DNA of 64,000 nucleotides from an uncultured Trueperaceae bacterium (GTDB lineage Bacteria; Deinococcota; Deinococci; Deinococcales; Trueperaceae): NCBI GenBank assembly GCA_963799485.1, contig CAWCXJ010000008.1:311526-375525 (forward strand). The letters run 5' to 3'. Below, in pieces: positions 19,224 to 29,471 of the stretch; positions within the stretch are counted from its first letter, which is position 1; the number at the start of each line of letters is the position of its first letter. Position numbers and translations under genes: made by a program. Under the pieces are notes generated by a model, which had not been told where the DNA came from, did not search any database, and saw only the letters and a list, made by a program, of their open reading frames with translations.

Positions 19224-20234
19224 ATGAAACCATTTCAACGCTATCTTCTAAATAAATTGTTCTGGTATCTGCTCGCTTTCGTCGCAGCGGTGGCGCTCAA
19301 TTTCTTTTTGCCGCGCCTGATTCCCGGTAATCCCGTCGACGCCATCGTAGCGCAGATGGCCCAGGGCGGCGGCACTTCGGGCGAAGCGCTGAGCCGCGTC
19401 TACGACACCTATATTACCGAGTTCGGGCTTGACAAATCGCCCATAGAGCAGTTTATCTCATACCTGGGCAACCTCTTGCGCGGCGACTTGGGCACCTCAC
19501 TCGGCAACTATCCGGCGAGCGTCAACGGCATCATCGGTTCGGCCTTGCCGTGGACTTTGGCGTTGCAACTCCCGACGATTTTACTCGGCTGGATTTTGGG
19601 CAACATATTAGGTGTCTTGGCGGCGTACAAGGGCGGTTGGGTCGACCGGGGCGCGTTTTTGGGGTCGCTGGCGTTCTCGAGCATCCCCTACTACGGCCTC
19701 GCTATCTTGCTCCTTTACGTCTTCGCCGTGGCGTTGCCGTGGTTTCCTACGGGCGGCGCGTACAGCTTCGCCTCCACCCCAAGCTGGACTTGGGGGTTTA
19801 TCACCGACGCGGCGCAGCATTACATCTTGCCGTTCTTGTCACTTTTGCTGATCGTAATCGGCGGTCAGGCGATTGGGATGCGTTCGATGGCGATCTACGA
19901 ACTCGGCGCAGATTACGTCGGCTACGAACGCTCGCTGGGTTTGGGTGAAACGCGTATCGTCCGGGGAATTTTCCGCAACGCGGTGTTACCGCAAATTACC
20001 GGCCTGGCACTTTCGATCGGGGCGCTCGCCGGGGGCGCGCTGATTACCGAAATCGTCTTTTCATATCCGGGTCTCGGGACGGTTTTGTTCGACGCCATCC
20101 GGCAAAACGACTACCCGGTCATCCAGGGGGTGACGATGCTGATTACCGTCGCGGTTTTGGCGGCGAACTTTTTAGTCGACCTGACCTACGGCCTCATCGA
20201 CCCGCGCATCCGCACGGCGGGGGCGGGCGCATGA
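19224..20234 (+). CDS. ABC transporter permease (OppB/DppB-like)
   Basis: PRLIPGNP, GDLGTS, ITEIVFSYPGLG, LIDPRIR; start after AGGAG. Confidence 0.9.
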   Translation: MKPFQRYLLNKLFWYLLAFVAAVALNFFLPRLIPGNPVDAIVAQMAQGGGTSGEALSRVYDTYITEFGLDKSPIEQFISYLGNLLRGDLGTSLGNYPASVNGIIGSALPWTLALQLPTILLGWILGNILGVLAAYKGGWVDRGAFLGSLAFSSIPYYGLAILLLYVFAVALPWFPTGGAYSFASTPSWTWGFITDAAQHYILPFLSLLLIVIGGQAIGMRSMAIYELGADYVGYERSLGLGETRIVRGIFRNAVLPQITGLALSIGALAGGALITEIVFSYPGLGTVLFDAIRQNDYPVIQGVTMLITVAVLAANFLVDLTYGLIDPRIRTAGAGA

Positions 20235-21061
20235 TTCGGGCACTTTTTCGCAGCGGGCGCTTTCGCGTGTCTTTCGTCTTGCTCGTTCTTATCGTCGTGA
20301 CGGCGGTGCTGGGGCCGCGTTTCGACGACCGCAACCCGCTCTTTGCCGTTGGTGGGCGTTACGACCAACCCTCGGCGGGGGTCTGGCTCGGTACCGACGC
20401 CATCGGCAACGACGTTTTTTTGCAGCTGATGTACGGCCTCGGCACCTCGCTCTATATCGGCCTGGTCGCAGGCATCGTCGCAACACTTATCGGCGTGGCG
20501 ATTGGAACGCTTTCAGGCTACCTCGGCGGGCTCTTGGACGAAATCTTGATGGGCTTTACAAACATCTTGATTACCGTCCCGACGATTGTCGTACTGGTGC
20601 TTTTGTCGGTGGCGTTGCAAAACCGTTCGACGCTGCTCCTAGGCGTTATTATCGGCGTCACGAGCTGGCCGTGGACGGCGCGGGCGGTGCGGGCGCAAAC
20701 CTCCTCGCTCAAAACGCGTGAACACGTCGATGTGGCCAAGCTCTCCGGGGCCGGGACGTTCGGGGTTATCGTCCGCGAAATCTTGCCGTATATGGCGAGT
20801 TACGTGGTGATGGCGTTCGTGTTGCAACTCTCGAGCGGCATCTTAAATGAAGCGGGCCTGAGTTTGCTGGGCCTGGGGCCTAGCCAAAGCATTTCACTCG
20901 GCAAGATGCTCCAAAGCGCGCTGCAAGGCGAAGCGCTAAGGACGGGCGCATACTGGGCGATCTTGCCGCAAACCATTCTCCTCTCAATCATTGCGTTTTC
21001 GCTACTGCTTTTGCAGTCGAGCTTAGACGAGTTCTTTAATCCCCGGTTGAGGCGCAGCTGA
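20231..21061 (+). CDS. ABC transporter permease (OppC/DppC-like)
   Basis: LGTDAIGND, ARAVRAQ, EAGLSLLGLG, NPRLR. Confidence 0.9.
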   Translation: MIRALFRSGRFRVSFVLLVLIVVTAVLGPRFDDRNPLFAVGGRYDQPSAGVWLGTDAIGNDVFLQLMYGLGTSLYIGLVAGIVATLIGVAIGTLSGYLGGLLDEILMGFTNILITVPTIVVLVLLSVALQNRSTLLLGVIIGVTSWPWTARAVRAQTSSLKTREHVDVAKLSGAGTFGVIVREILPYMASYVVMAFVLQLSSGILNEAGLSLLGLGPSQSISLGKMLQSALQGEALRTGAYWAILPQTILLSIIAFSLLLLQSSLDEFFNPRLRRS

Positions 21062-22071
21062 TGGGCACGGGTACAACCGGCGACTTGTTAAGTGTGCAGA
21101 ATGTGCGGGCGTCGTACCGCTTGGGGAGCGGCAAGGAGCTGCGCGCGGTGGACGGCGTGTCTTTAGAGCTTCGCGAGGGTGAGGTCCTGGGCGTCGTCGG
21201 TGAGTCGGGCTGCGGTAAGTCCACCCTGGCGACGATTTTGGCCTTAAACGCTGCGCCGCCCCTTTACGTCGAAAGTGGTACCGTCGAACTTCAGGGACGC
21301 CGCGCCGACCTGACCGAGCGCGAAGCGCTGCCGCGCAGTGAACGGGGCAAACTCATTTCGGTGCTGCCGCAGAGTGCGATGAACTCGATCAACCCGACGA
21401 CGCGGGTGCGCGACTTGGCCTATGACGTGTTGCGGGCGCACGAACGGATTTCGCGTAAAGCAGCGTGGGGGCGGGCGGGGGCGCGGCTCGAGCAACTCGG
21501 TTTGCCGACCCGCGCCTTGGAGCGCTACCCGCATGAACTCTCCGGCGGGATGCGCCAACGCGTCATCACCGTCATCTCCACCTTGCTGGACCCCAAAATC
21601 CTCATCGCCGACGAACCGACCTCGGCGCTAGACGTCTCCTCGCAGCGCGCTGTGACCGATATGCTCAGGGACCTCCTGACGCGCAAAATCATCTCGGGCG
21701 TCTTGTTTATCACCCACGACCTGCCGCTCTTGCACCATATCGCCGACCGGGTGGCGGTGATGTACGCGGGTAAAGTAGTCGAACTCGGCCCGACGGAGCA
21801 GGTCATCAGTGCGCCCGAACACCCTTACGCGCGCGCGCTCGTCGGTTCGATTCTGGTACCGGAACCTTATATTAGGGCGGAACGGGTCAAAGGTATTCCC
21901 GGTTCGCCGCCCGACCTCGCCGCGATGCCCACCGGCTGCCGCTTTCGCCCGCGCTGCCCGCGCGCCGACGACAGGTGTTTGCAAGACCCGCCCGAAGTCG
22001 GCGACCGCACGCACTTTGCCGCCTGCTGGCGCGTTTACGAAGCGCGGCAGTCATTAGTGGAGGGAGTTTGA
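21061..22071 (+). CDS. ABC transporter ATP-binding protein (OppD-like)
   Basis: GESGCGKST, LSGGMRQR, ADEPT, GCRFRPRC. Confidence 0.92.
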   Translation: MGTGTTGDLLSVQNVRASYRLGSGKELRAVDGVSLELREGEVLGVVGESGCGKSTLATILALNAAPPLYVESGTVELQGRRADLTEREALPRSERGKLISVLPQSAMNSINPTTRVRDLAYDVLRAHERISRKAAWGRAGARLEQLGLPTRALERYPHELSGGMRQRVITVISTLLDPKILIADEPTSALDVSSQRAVTDMLRDLLTRKIISGVLFITHDLPLLHHIADRVAVMYAGKVVELGPTEQVISAPEHPYARALVGSILVPEPYIRAERVKGIPGSPPDLAAMPTGCRFRPRCPRADDRCLQDPPEVGDRTHFAACWRVYEARQSLVEGV

Positions 22072-22910
22072 TGGACATGTTTGATACACCCGACAGGGCG
22101 CACGATGTGCGGGTTTTTACGCCGCCCATGACCGAAGACGCTGCCAAAGCGGAGCCGCTCCTCAGCGTCCGCAACCTGACCCGCACCTTCGGTTCCGGCG
22201 ACAACGCGGTTACAGCGGTCAATAACGTATCGTTCGAGCTGTACCCCGGCGAAATCGTCGCACTCGTCGGCGAATCCGGGAGCGGTAAATCTACCCTGGC
22301 GCGGCTTTTATTGCGGCTCTTAGCGCCGACCTCAGGCGACATCGAACTCTCCGGTAAAAACGTCACCAAGGGGCCGAAACACGTTTACTGGCGCGAGGTG
22401 CAGGCGGTATTTCAAGACCCGTTTGCGTCGTTTAACCAGTTTTACAGCGTCCGGCGGGTGCTGCTTTCGGCGCTGGGCGTGCTTAAAAAACAGCCGAACC
22501 GGGCTGAAAAAGAGCGGCGGCTTAAAGAGGCGCTTTCACAAGTCGGGCTCTCCGAATCGCTCCTGAATAAACGCCCGTATGAGCTTTCGGGGGGTCAGCG
22601 GCAACGGGTGATGATGGCGCGGGCGCTGATGCTAAAGCCCGAGCTGTTAATCGCCGATGAACCGACCTCGATGCTAGACGCCTCACTCCGGGTGAGCATC
22701 TTAAACCAGCTTAAAGACGTGCGCGACACGACCGGGACGACACTGCTCTTAATCACCCACGACCTCGGGCAGGCGTACTACGTGAGCGACCGCTTGCTGG
22801 TCATGTACAAGGGCGAACTCGTCGAAAACGGGCCGACCGAGCAGGTCGTGGCGCAGAGTCGGCATCCGTATACGCGGGCGCTGATTGCCGACGTGCCGAC
22901 GCTGCACTAG
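22071..22910 (+). CDS. ABC transporter ATP-binding protein (OppF-like)
   Basis: GESGSGKST, LSGGQRQR, HPYT; start overlaps previous stop. Confidence 0.9.
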   Translation: MDMFDTPDRAHDVRVFTPPMTEDAAKAEPLLSVRNLTRTFGSGDNAVTAVNNVSFELYPGEIVALVGESGSGKSTLARLLLRLLAPTSGDIELSGKNVTKGPKHVYWREVQAVFQDPFASFNQFYSVRRVLLSALGVLKKQPNRAEKERRLKEALSQVGLSESLLNKRPYELSGGQRQRVMMARALMLKPELLIADEPTSMLDASLRVSILNQLKDVRDTTGTTLLLITHDLGQAYYVSDRLLVMYKGELVENGPTEQVVAQSRHPYTRALIADVPTLH

Positions 22911-23170
22911 GTGAAGCGTAAAGAAGCCTCGAGGCTTCTTTACACAACCAGATTCCCCCGACTTTACGGCGACAAATATCTTTCGGGTATCTACGGCGAA
23001 TTTGTACGACCCTTAACCAGCATTCAAGCTGTATGAGCAGTGGGGCTGCTCGAGGCTCCACTCTGCCAAAGAAACGTTTAGGCTGCGCGGGTGAGTTCAG
23101 TGCCCGGAATATATTGAGTACAAATCCAAATGCGCTAAGTGACCCGGCTCAGCGCTCCTGAAAGGCCGAC

Positions 23171-23587
23171 ATGGGCAATACCGACCTGGCACACGCCGCG
23201 TTCGCCGTAAAAGTTGAGCGAACCCTTGAGTCTTACGCGCATCTGGGCATCCGCGAAGCGTTCCGGCGGCATCACGACGACGGCTCGTTGATGCTCGTCT
23301 ATCTGCACGTCGCGGGCGACCGCTTTATCGAAATCTTTCCGGGTGGCTTGGACGCCGATGCTCAGCGCAAAGGGAGCTTTATGCACCTCTGCCTTTTAAC
23401 CGAAGTACGTTCAGCGGTCGAGACGTTGCGCTCAGCGGGTGTTCCCATCGACCGGGAATCGACGACCGGGTTAGACACCAACTTGCAAGCGTGGACTAGT
23501 GACCCGGACGGAAATGCTACCGAATTAATGCAGTTGAGTCCCAACTCGCCGCAACGCCGAATTGCGCGCGGTGAGGTGGTCGGGTGA
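23171..23587 (+). CDS. VOC/glyoxalase family protein
   Basis: HAAFAV, FIEIF, HLCL, DPDGNATEL metal-ligand pattern. Confidence 0.75.
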   Translation: MGNTDLAHAAFAVKVERTLESYAHLGIREAFRRHHDDGSLMLVYLHVAGDRFIEIFPGGLDADAQRKGSFMHLCLLTEVRSAVETLRSAGVPIDRESTTGLDTNLQAWTSDPDGNATELMQLSPNSPQRRIARGEVVG

Positions 23588-26023
23588 CTAAAGTTGAGCT
23601 CACAGGCTGGCAACTCTCAGCTCTAAGCGAGGTTCCGGCAGCGGCGCAGGGGACGTTTCCGGCGACCGTACCGGGTTGTGTTCACACCGATTTGTTGACA
23701 GCGGGCGTTATCGAAGACCCTTATTTGGCGCAAAACGAACCCGAAAGCGCGTGGATAGGCCGCGCCGACTGGCGTTACCGCTGCACTTTTACGGCGACGG
23801 CGGAAATACTCTCTGCCGAACACCTGACGCTCGTGTGCGACGGGCTCGATACCGTTGCCGAGCTTTCACTCAACGGCGAGCCGTTTGCGGCGACTGAATC
23901 GATGCACGTCGGTTACCGCTTCGAGCTCAAGAACTTGGTGCGGGAGGGAGAAAACCGGCTTACGATTACCTTCCGCTCCCCCTACGCCTACGCCGAAGCC
24001 AAGCAGCTCGAGCTAGGTGATTTGCCGGGGCCGTATGACGAACCCTTTAATTTTATCCGCAAGATGGCGTGTAATTTCGGTTGGGACTGGGGGCCGACGC
24101 TGGTTACGGCGGGTATCTGGCGGGATATCTATCTGGAAAGCTGGCGCGGCGTGCGTTTTGCCGGGGTGCGGCCTTTAGTGACCGAGGCGACGGTGGAGCA
24201 GGGCAGAGTAGAGGTTTTTGCCGACTTTGAAGGCAACCCGGCAGGTCAAACACTGCACGCAAGTTTACGCGACCCGGCGGGCAACGTCGTTGCCGAAGCC
24301 GAGACGGAGGCCGTAAACTCGAGCGCTCAACTGAGCCTGAACGTCGCCAACCCCGAACGCTGGTGGCCTCGGGGTCACGGGGAGCAGCCGCTTTACACGC
24401 TCGAGCTGACTTTAGGCGAAGCCAGGTGGCAGGGGCGTATCGGGATTCGCAAGGTCGAACTCGACACAACGCCCGACGACATCGGCGCTGCTTTTACGCT
24501 CAAAGTCAACGGCAAAGCCATTTTTTGCAAAGGCGCAAACTGGATTCCCGACGACTGTTTTCCGGCGCGTGTGACCAAGGAGCGCCTTCGTGAACGCCTG
24601 ACGCAAGCCGTAGACGCCAACCTGAACATGCTCCGGGTGTGGGGCGGCGGCGTCTACGAATCCGGGGATTTTTACGGCGCGTGCGACGAACTGGGGCTGA
24701 TGGTCTGGCAAGACTTTTTGTTCGCCTGCGCCGCCTACCCCGAAGAAGCGCCGTTTCCTAAACTCGCCCAAGCCGAAGCACGCTACAACGTCACGCGGCT
24801 CTCCCCGCATCCGAGTCTGGTGCTCTGGAACGGCAACAACGAAAACCTCTGGGGTTACGAGGACTGGGGTTGGCAGGACGTTTTAGAAGGCAGGACGTGG
24901 GGGAGAGGGTTTTATCTGGAGCTGCTTCCCCGCGTCGTTCACGAGCTCGACCCCAGCCGCCCCTACTGGCCCGGCAGCCCGTATTCGGGCGAGGGCGTTC
25001 ACCCCAACGCCGACACGCACGGCCCCAAACACATCTGGGACGTGTGGAACGAACGCGACTACACGGCTTACCGCAACTATAAACCGCGTTTTGCCGCCGA
25101 GTTCGGCTTTCAAGCGCCGCCGACCTACCGGACTCTGGCGCGCAGCATTCCCGAAGATGAACGGTTTGCAACTTCGGCGGCGATGCTGCACCATCAGAAG
25201 GCGATAAATGGTAACGACAAGCTGAGAGCAGGGCTCGAGGCTCACTTCGGCAGCGCCGTAAAAGGAACCCCTGAAGACTTTGACGACTGGCTCTTTTTAA
25301 CCCAGCTCAATCAGGCGCGGGCCGTGCAACTCGGGGTCGAATGGTTTCGCTCACTTATGCCGCGTTGTATGGGCGCGGTGTACTGGCAACTCAACGACTG
25401 CTGGCCCGTGACGTCGTGGGCGGCAGTAGACGGTTACGGCTACAAAAAGCCCTTGTGGTACGCCACCAAACGCTTCTTCGCCGACCAGCTCATGACCTTT
25501 CAACCAAATGAAGCCGGTCTCCGGCTCGTGTTCTGTAATGACAGCGACCTCCTCTGGATGGGCGAAGTCTGTGTGCAGCGGCTCTCCTTCGCAGGCGACG
25601 TTTTAGCCGAGGAGATGGTGCCCTTCTACGTTCAACCGCGCACGGTGTCAGTTATTGCCGAAGCGGGTAGCGCATTTTTACGGACCGACGAACCCTGAAC
25701 ATGAATTTTTGGTAGCGCAGACCGGCGCGCAGCAGGCGACGTGGTTTTTCCTGCCGGACAAAGAACTCTCTTATCCTGAACCGAGACTACAGGGGAGACT
25801 TGAGGGCGACCAGCTTACTATCACCGCGCAGACGTTCGTCCGTGACCTGGCGCTGTTCGTCGAGCGTCTGGGGCCGGACGCCGAAATCAGCGACCAGCTC
25901 ATCACGCTGTTGCCGGGGGAGAGCTTTACGTTTACGGTACGGGGATTAGGGGACAGGGACGTAAACGCGTTGCTGAAACCGCCAGTGATGAACTGTGCGA
26001 ACCGTTTTGGACGCACGTTTTGA
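23584..26023 (+). CDS. GH2 beta-mannosidase, split by a +1 frame break at 25693-25698 (ORFs 23584-25698 and to 26023)
   Basis: FGWDWGP, KGANWIP, RVWGGG, WNGNNE, AEFG, YWQLNDCWP; the C-terminal Ig-like domain continues in the +1 frame. Confidence 0.85.
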
Positions 26024-26103
26024 ACACAACGACGCTGCACCCGTGGCTTAGGAATTTGGGCCGAAAACGTCACACTCTTAAACACCAGCCGTAGAATCTC
26101 AGG

Positions 26104-26442
26104 ATGATTACCCTCTTGCTTCTCGTCATCTCCAACATCTTTATGACCGTGGCGTGGTACGGACATCTCAAATACTTGCCTGAAGGCCGGGTGTCTCTTT
26201 TTGTAGTTATTCTCATCAGCTGGGGGATCGCTTTTTTTGAGTATCTTTTTCAAGTTCCGGCCAACCGCATCGGCTACCGCTACTTCACCGCAACACAGCT
26301 CAAGATATTTCAGGAGATCATCTCGCTAAGCGTGTTTGCGCTCTTTGCTGTATCTGTTTTAGGTGAAAAGCTGCACTGGAACCATATGCTTGCTTTTGTG
26401 CTGATGGTGGTCGCGGCTTACCTGGTGGTAAGGCCCCACTAG
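26104..26442 (+). CDS. DMT family protein (DUF486-like)
   Basis: SNIFMTVAWYGHLK, FEYLFQVPANRIG, QLKIFQE. Confidence 0.88.
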   Translation: MITLLLLVISNIFMTVAWYGHLKYLPEGRVSLFVVILISWGIAFFEYLFQVPANRIGYRYFTATQLKIFQEIISLSVFALFAVSVLGEKLHWNHMLAFVLMVVAAYLVVRPH

Positions 26443-26667
26443 GTTGCCAAACCGGCAAACATGTAAGACACTGCCTCAAAACGTTGTTCTTTTTGCAGAG
26501 GCGGCAGCGCCACTTCATTAACGCGAAGAACGCTCGAGCCCGATTTTTGGGGACGCGCAAGCTACTCGAGCCCCGCCCACCAACTATTTCCACTGCGTAC
26601 CGACTCTGCGGTCGGTCGTCCGCACGCTGACGCGTCATTCGGCAGGCGTCGGGGTAAAATCTTCTTT

Positions 26668-27291
26668 ATGACGCTTCTGGAACTCGAGCACCAAGCCAAG
26701 TCCGCGCCCAAACCGAGCGCCCTGTCAGATACCGCCGACAATCTGGTTTTTGGTGAAGGCAACCCCGACGCCGACTTAGTAATTATCGGCGAAGCGCCGG
26801 GTGAGGACGAGGACGCGCAGGGACGCCCGTTCGTCGGTCGCGCCGGACAACTCCTCGACCGCATTTTGGAAAGCGGGCACATCGAACGCGAGGACATCTA
26901 CATCACTAACATCCTCAAATACCGCCCGCCGAACAACCGCAATCCCAAACCCGACGAGATTCTGGCGTCAGAACCGCTGCTCCTAGAGCAGCTCAAACTT
27001 ATCCGCCCGCAAATTATCGCCACCCTGGGCAATTTCCCCACCCAGTATTTTGCCGGAACCAAAGACGGCATCACCAAAACGCGGGGCAACTGGTTCGAGT
27101 GGCACGGTATCCGGGTCTTCCCGATGTTTCACCCGGCCTATCTGCTCCGCAATCCGAGCCGCGAAAAAGGCTCCCCCAAATGGCTGATGTGGGAAGACGT
27201 CCGCACGCTTAAAGAAACGCTCGACGCCCTCGGCCCGAAACCCGCGAGTTCGCTTGTCATCGACAGCGCTCAGCAAGACACGCTTTTTTAA
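26668..27291 (+). CDS. Uracil-DNA glycosylase, family 4
   Basis: [33 protein letters not shown]. Confidence 0.9.
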   Translation: MTLLELEHQAKSAPKPSALSDTADNLVFGEGNPDADLVIIGEAPGEDEDAQGRPFVGRAGQLLDRILESGHIEREDIYITNILKYRPPNNRNPKPDEILASEPLLLEQLKLIRPQIIATLGNFPTQYFAGTKDGITKTRGNWFEWHGIRVFPMFHPAYLLRNPSREKGSPKWLMWEDVRTLKETLDALGPKPASSLVIDSAQQDTLF

Positions 27292-27308
27292 CCTGTGCTT
27301 TTCGTTTT

Positions 27309-27587
27309 ATGAGCGACCCTAGATTTATCGGTCTGATTCATTCGCTGCTCGCATCGGCGGAGGCGGCTCTGGGCGAGGCGGACAGCCCGATGGTGCGTCA
27401 CCTCGCGCGTGACGGTGTGCTGGCGCGGCGTACCGGCGAACGGAGCCTGGAACTCCTAAAGATGTTGCAGCAAAAAACCAACGGCAATTTAGACGAAACC
27501 GAACGGAGCACACTTCATCACGCCCTGGAAACAGTTCAGGGGCGGCTCGAGGCGTTAGCCGAGCGTCCAGATGCGGATTCAAACTAG
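27309..27587 (+). CDS. DUF1844-like protein
   Basis: F.GLIHSL, LKMLQQKTNGNLDETE motif. Confidence 0.7.
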   Translation: MSDPRFIGLIHSLLASAEAALGEADSPMVRHLARDGVLARRTGERSLELLKMLQQKTNGNLDETERSTLHHALETVQGRLEALAERPDADSN

Positions 27588-28046
27588 ATGCGCGCCCTGG
27601 TGCAACGGGTTGCGTTTGCCCGCGTAACGGTTCAGGGGCAAGCGGTCGGCGAAATCGGGCCGGGACTCCTCATCTTGCTGGGCGTCGGTCACGGTGACAG
27701 TAAGCCTGACGCCGACACGCTCGCGGCGAAGATCACCAGGCTGAGAATCTTTAACGACGACGCGGGCAAAATGAATATGAGCGTCCGGGACGCGGGTAAC
27801 GCTGCGCTGGTGGTCAGTCAGTTTACGCTCTACGCCGACACGGCGCGGGGCAACCGTCCGGGTTTTGCGGGGGCGGCACCCCCTGCCGAAGCCGAGGCGC
27901 TCTACGGTTATTTTGCCGAACAGCTTAAAACGCACGGCCTTACCGTTCAAACGGGCAGCTTCGGCGCGGACATGCAGGTGAGCCTCTTAAACGACGGCCC
28001 GGTGACGGTGTGGCTCGAGTCTCCTCAAAAGATAAACAAAGCTTAA
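27588..28046 (+). CDS. dtd: D-aminoacyl-tRNA deacylase
   Basis: [31 protein letters not shown]. Confidence 0.95.
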   Translation: MRALVQRVAFARVTVQGQAVGEIGPGLLILLGVGHGDSKPDADTLAAKITRLRIFNDDAGKMNMSVRDAGNAALVVSQFTLYADTARGNRPGFAGAAPPAEAEALYGYFAEQLKTHGLTVQTGSFGADMQVSLLNDGPVTVWLESPQKINKA

Positions 28047-28193
28047 TCCAGCTGGACAAACACGCTCATAAAAGCCACAAAATCTGCTCTATACTCACAC
28101 TTAACCTCCTGATGCAAGACGATTTTTTTGCATTTGTCCGGGCGATGGCGACGTAAACTGGGGGGTCTGCGCGGCAGATGCTAGGGAGACAGT

Positions 28194-29348
28194 ATGCAGT
28201 ACGTGAAAGTCCGTCGTTTTTTTGCCCTCTTGTTTGTAGCAGTCCTTTTGGCCGCGTGCGCGCAAACGGCTCCGCCGACGCAGCAGCAGGCCGCCGGTGA
28301 CGCGATTCCGGGTCGGTACATCGTCGCCTTGCAACCTCAACCGGGTCTCCGGACGCAGCGCCTCGAGCCTGCGCGTGTCGCCGCTTCGCTGGGTGTGCAG
28401 AACCTTCAGACGCTGGGCGTGATCAACGGTTTTGTCGCGGCGGGTGTCGACGAGGCTGCGCTTTCGCGTTTAAGGGCCGACGCCCGCGTCCGTTACGTCG
28501 AACAAGACCGAGTAGTTAAACTGAGCGGAACGCAGAGTCGCCCGGACTGGGGTCTCGACCGCATCGATCAGCGGAACCTGCCGCTTAACCGCAGTTACCG
28601 CTACCGGGCGACCGGGCGCGGCGTGACTGCCTACGTTATCGATTCGGGCATCCGTGCTAGTAGCGAGTTCGGGAGCCGCCTCGTCGGCGGCGTTACGGCG
28701 ATCGACGACGGGCGCGGTTACGACGATTGTTTCGGTCACGGCACACACGTCGCGGGAACCCTGGGCGGCAGAACCTACGGCGTCGCCAAAAACGTCAAGC
28801 TGGTCGCTGTGCGTGTATTCGGGTGCAACGGCGAATCGTCGAACTCGGCGGTGGTCAGCGGTATCGACTGGGTAAACTTCAACCACGCCGGCCCCTCGGT
28901 GGCTAATTTAAGCCTCGAGGCTTCGCCCTCACGTGCTATCGACGAGGCAGTCGCGGCGCTCGTCGCCGATAAGGTGACAGTCGTCGTCGCTGCCGGAAAC
29001 GAAGGGGGCGACGCGTGCGACGTTTCTCCGGCCCGCGTCCCGGAAGTGCTGACTGTCGGGGCGAGCAACCGCCAGGACAACCTCTGGGAAGGCAGCAACC
29101 GGGGGCGCTGCGTCGATGTGTTTGCGCCCGGTGAAAATGTCACCTCGGCGGGGCTGCGGGGTACGCTGACAATGAGCGGCACCTCGATGGCGAGCCCGCA
29201 CGCCGCCGGGGTCGCGGCGCTGATTTTAGAAAAGAACCGGAGCGCGTCCCCTGCTGTTGTTACCGCGAAACTTGTAGCGCGAACGACCGGTGGCAAGCTC
29301 GGCAACACGGCGGGGGCTCCGAACAGGTTGCTCTACAGCGGGTTCTAA
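28194..29348 (+). CDS. S8 subtilisin-family serine protease (aqualysin/proteinase K-like lipoprotein)
   Basis: Lipobox LAAC, I9 propeptide, WGLDRIDQR, IDSG, HGTHVAG, SGTSMASPH. Confidence 0.92.
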   Translation: MQYVKVRRFFALLFVAVLLAACAQTAPPTQQQAAGDAIPGRYIVALQPQPGLRTQRLEPARVAASLGVQNLQTLGVINGFVAAGVDEAALSRLRADARVRYVEQDRVVKLSGTQSRPDWGLDRIDQRNLPLNRSYRYRATGRGVTAYVIDSGIRASSEFGSRLVGGVTAIDDGRGYDDCFGHGTHVAGTLGGRTYGVAKNVKLVAVRVFGCNGESSNSAVVSGIDWVNFNHAGPSVANLSLEASPSRAIDEAVAALVADKVTVVVAAGNEGGDACDVSPARVPEVLTVGASNRQDNLWEGSNRGRCVDVFAPGENVTSAGLRGTLTMSGTSMASPHAAGVAALILEKNRSASPAVVTAKLVARTTGGKLGNTAGAPNRLLYSGF

Positions 29349-29366
29349 GTTCGTTGTGTTCTAAGC

Positions 29367-29401
29367 TGCGGCAGGGCCGAGTTCTCCTGCCGCACTTTTT
29401 T
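29367..29401 (+). terminator. Intrinsic terminator
   Basis: TGCGGCAGG...CCTGCCGCA stem plus T6. Confidence 0.75.
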
Positions 29402-29471
29402 GGCGTCAGGCTGTCCCGGTAACTGCGCCCTGTGTTCAAAACGACCGTGATTTTATGCGATAACGTAAGGC

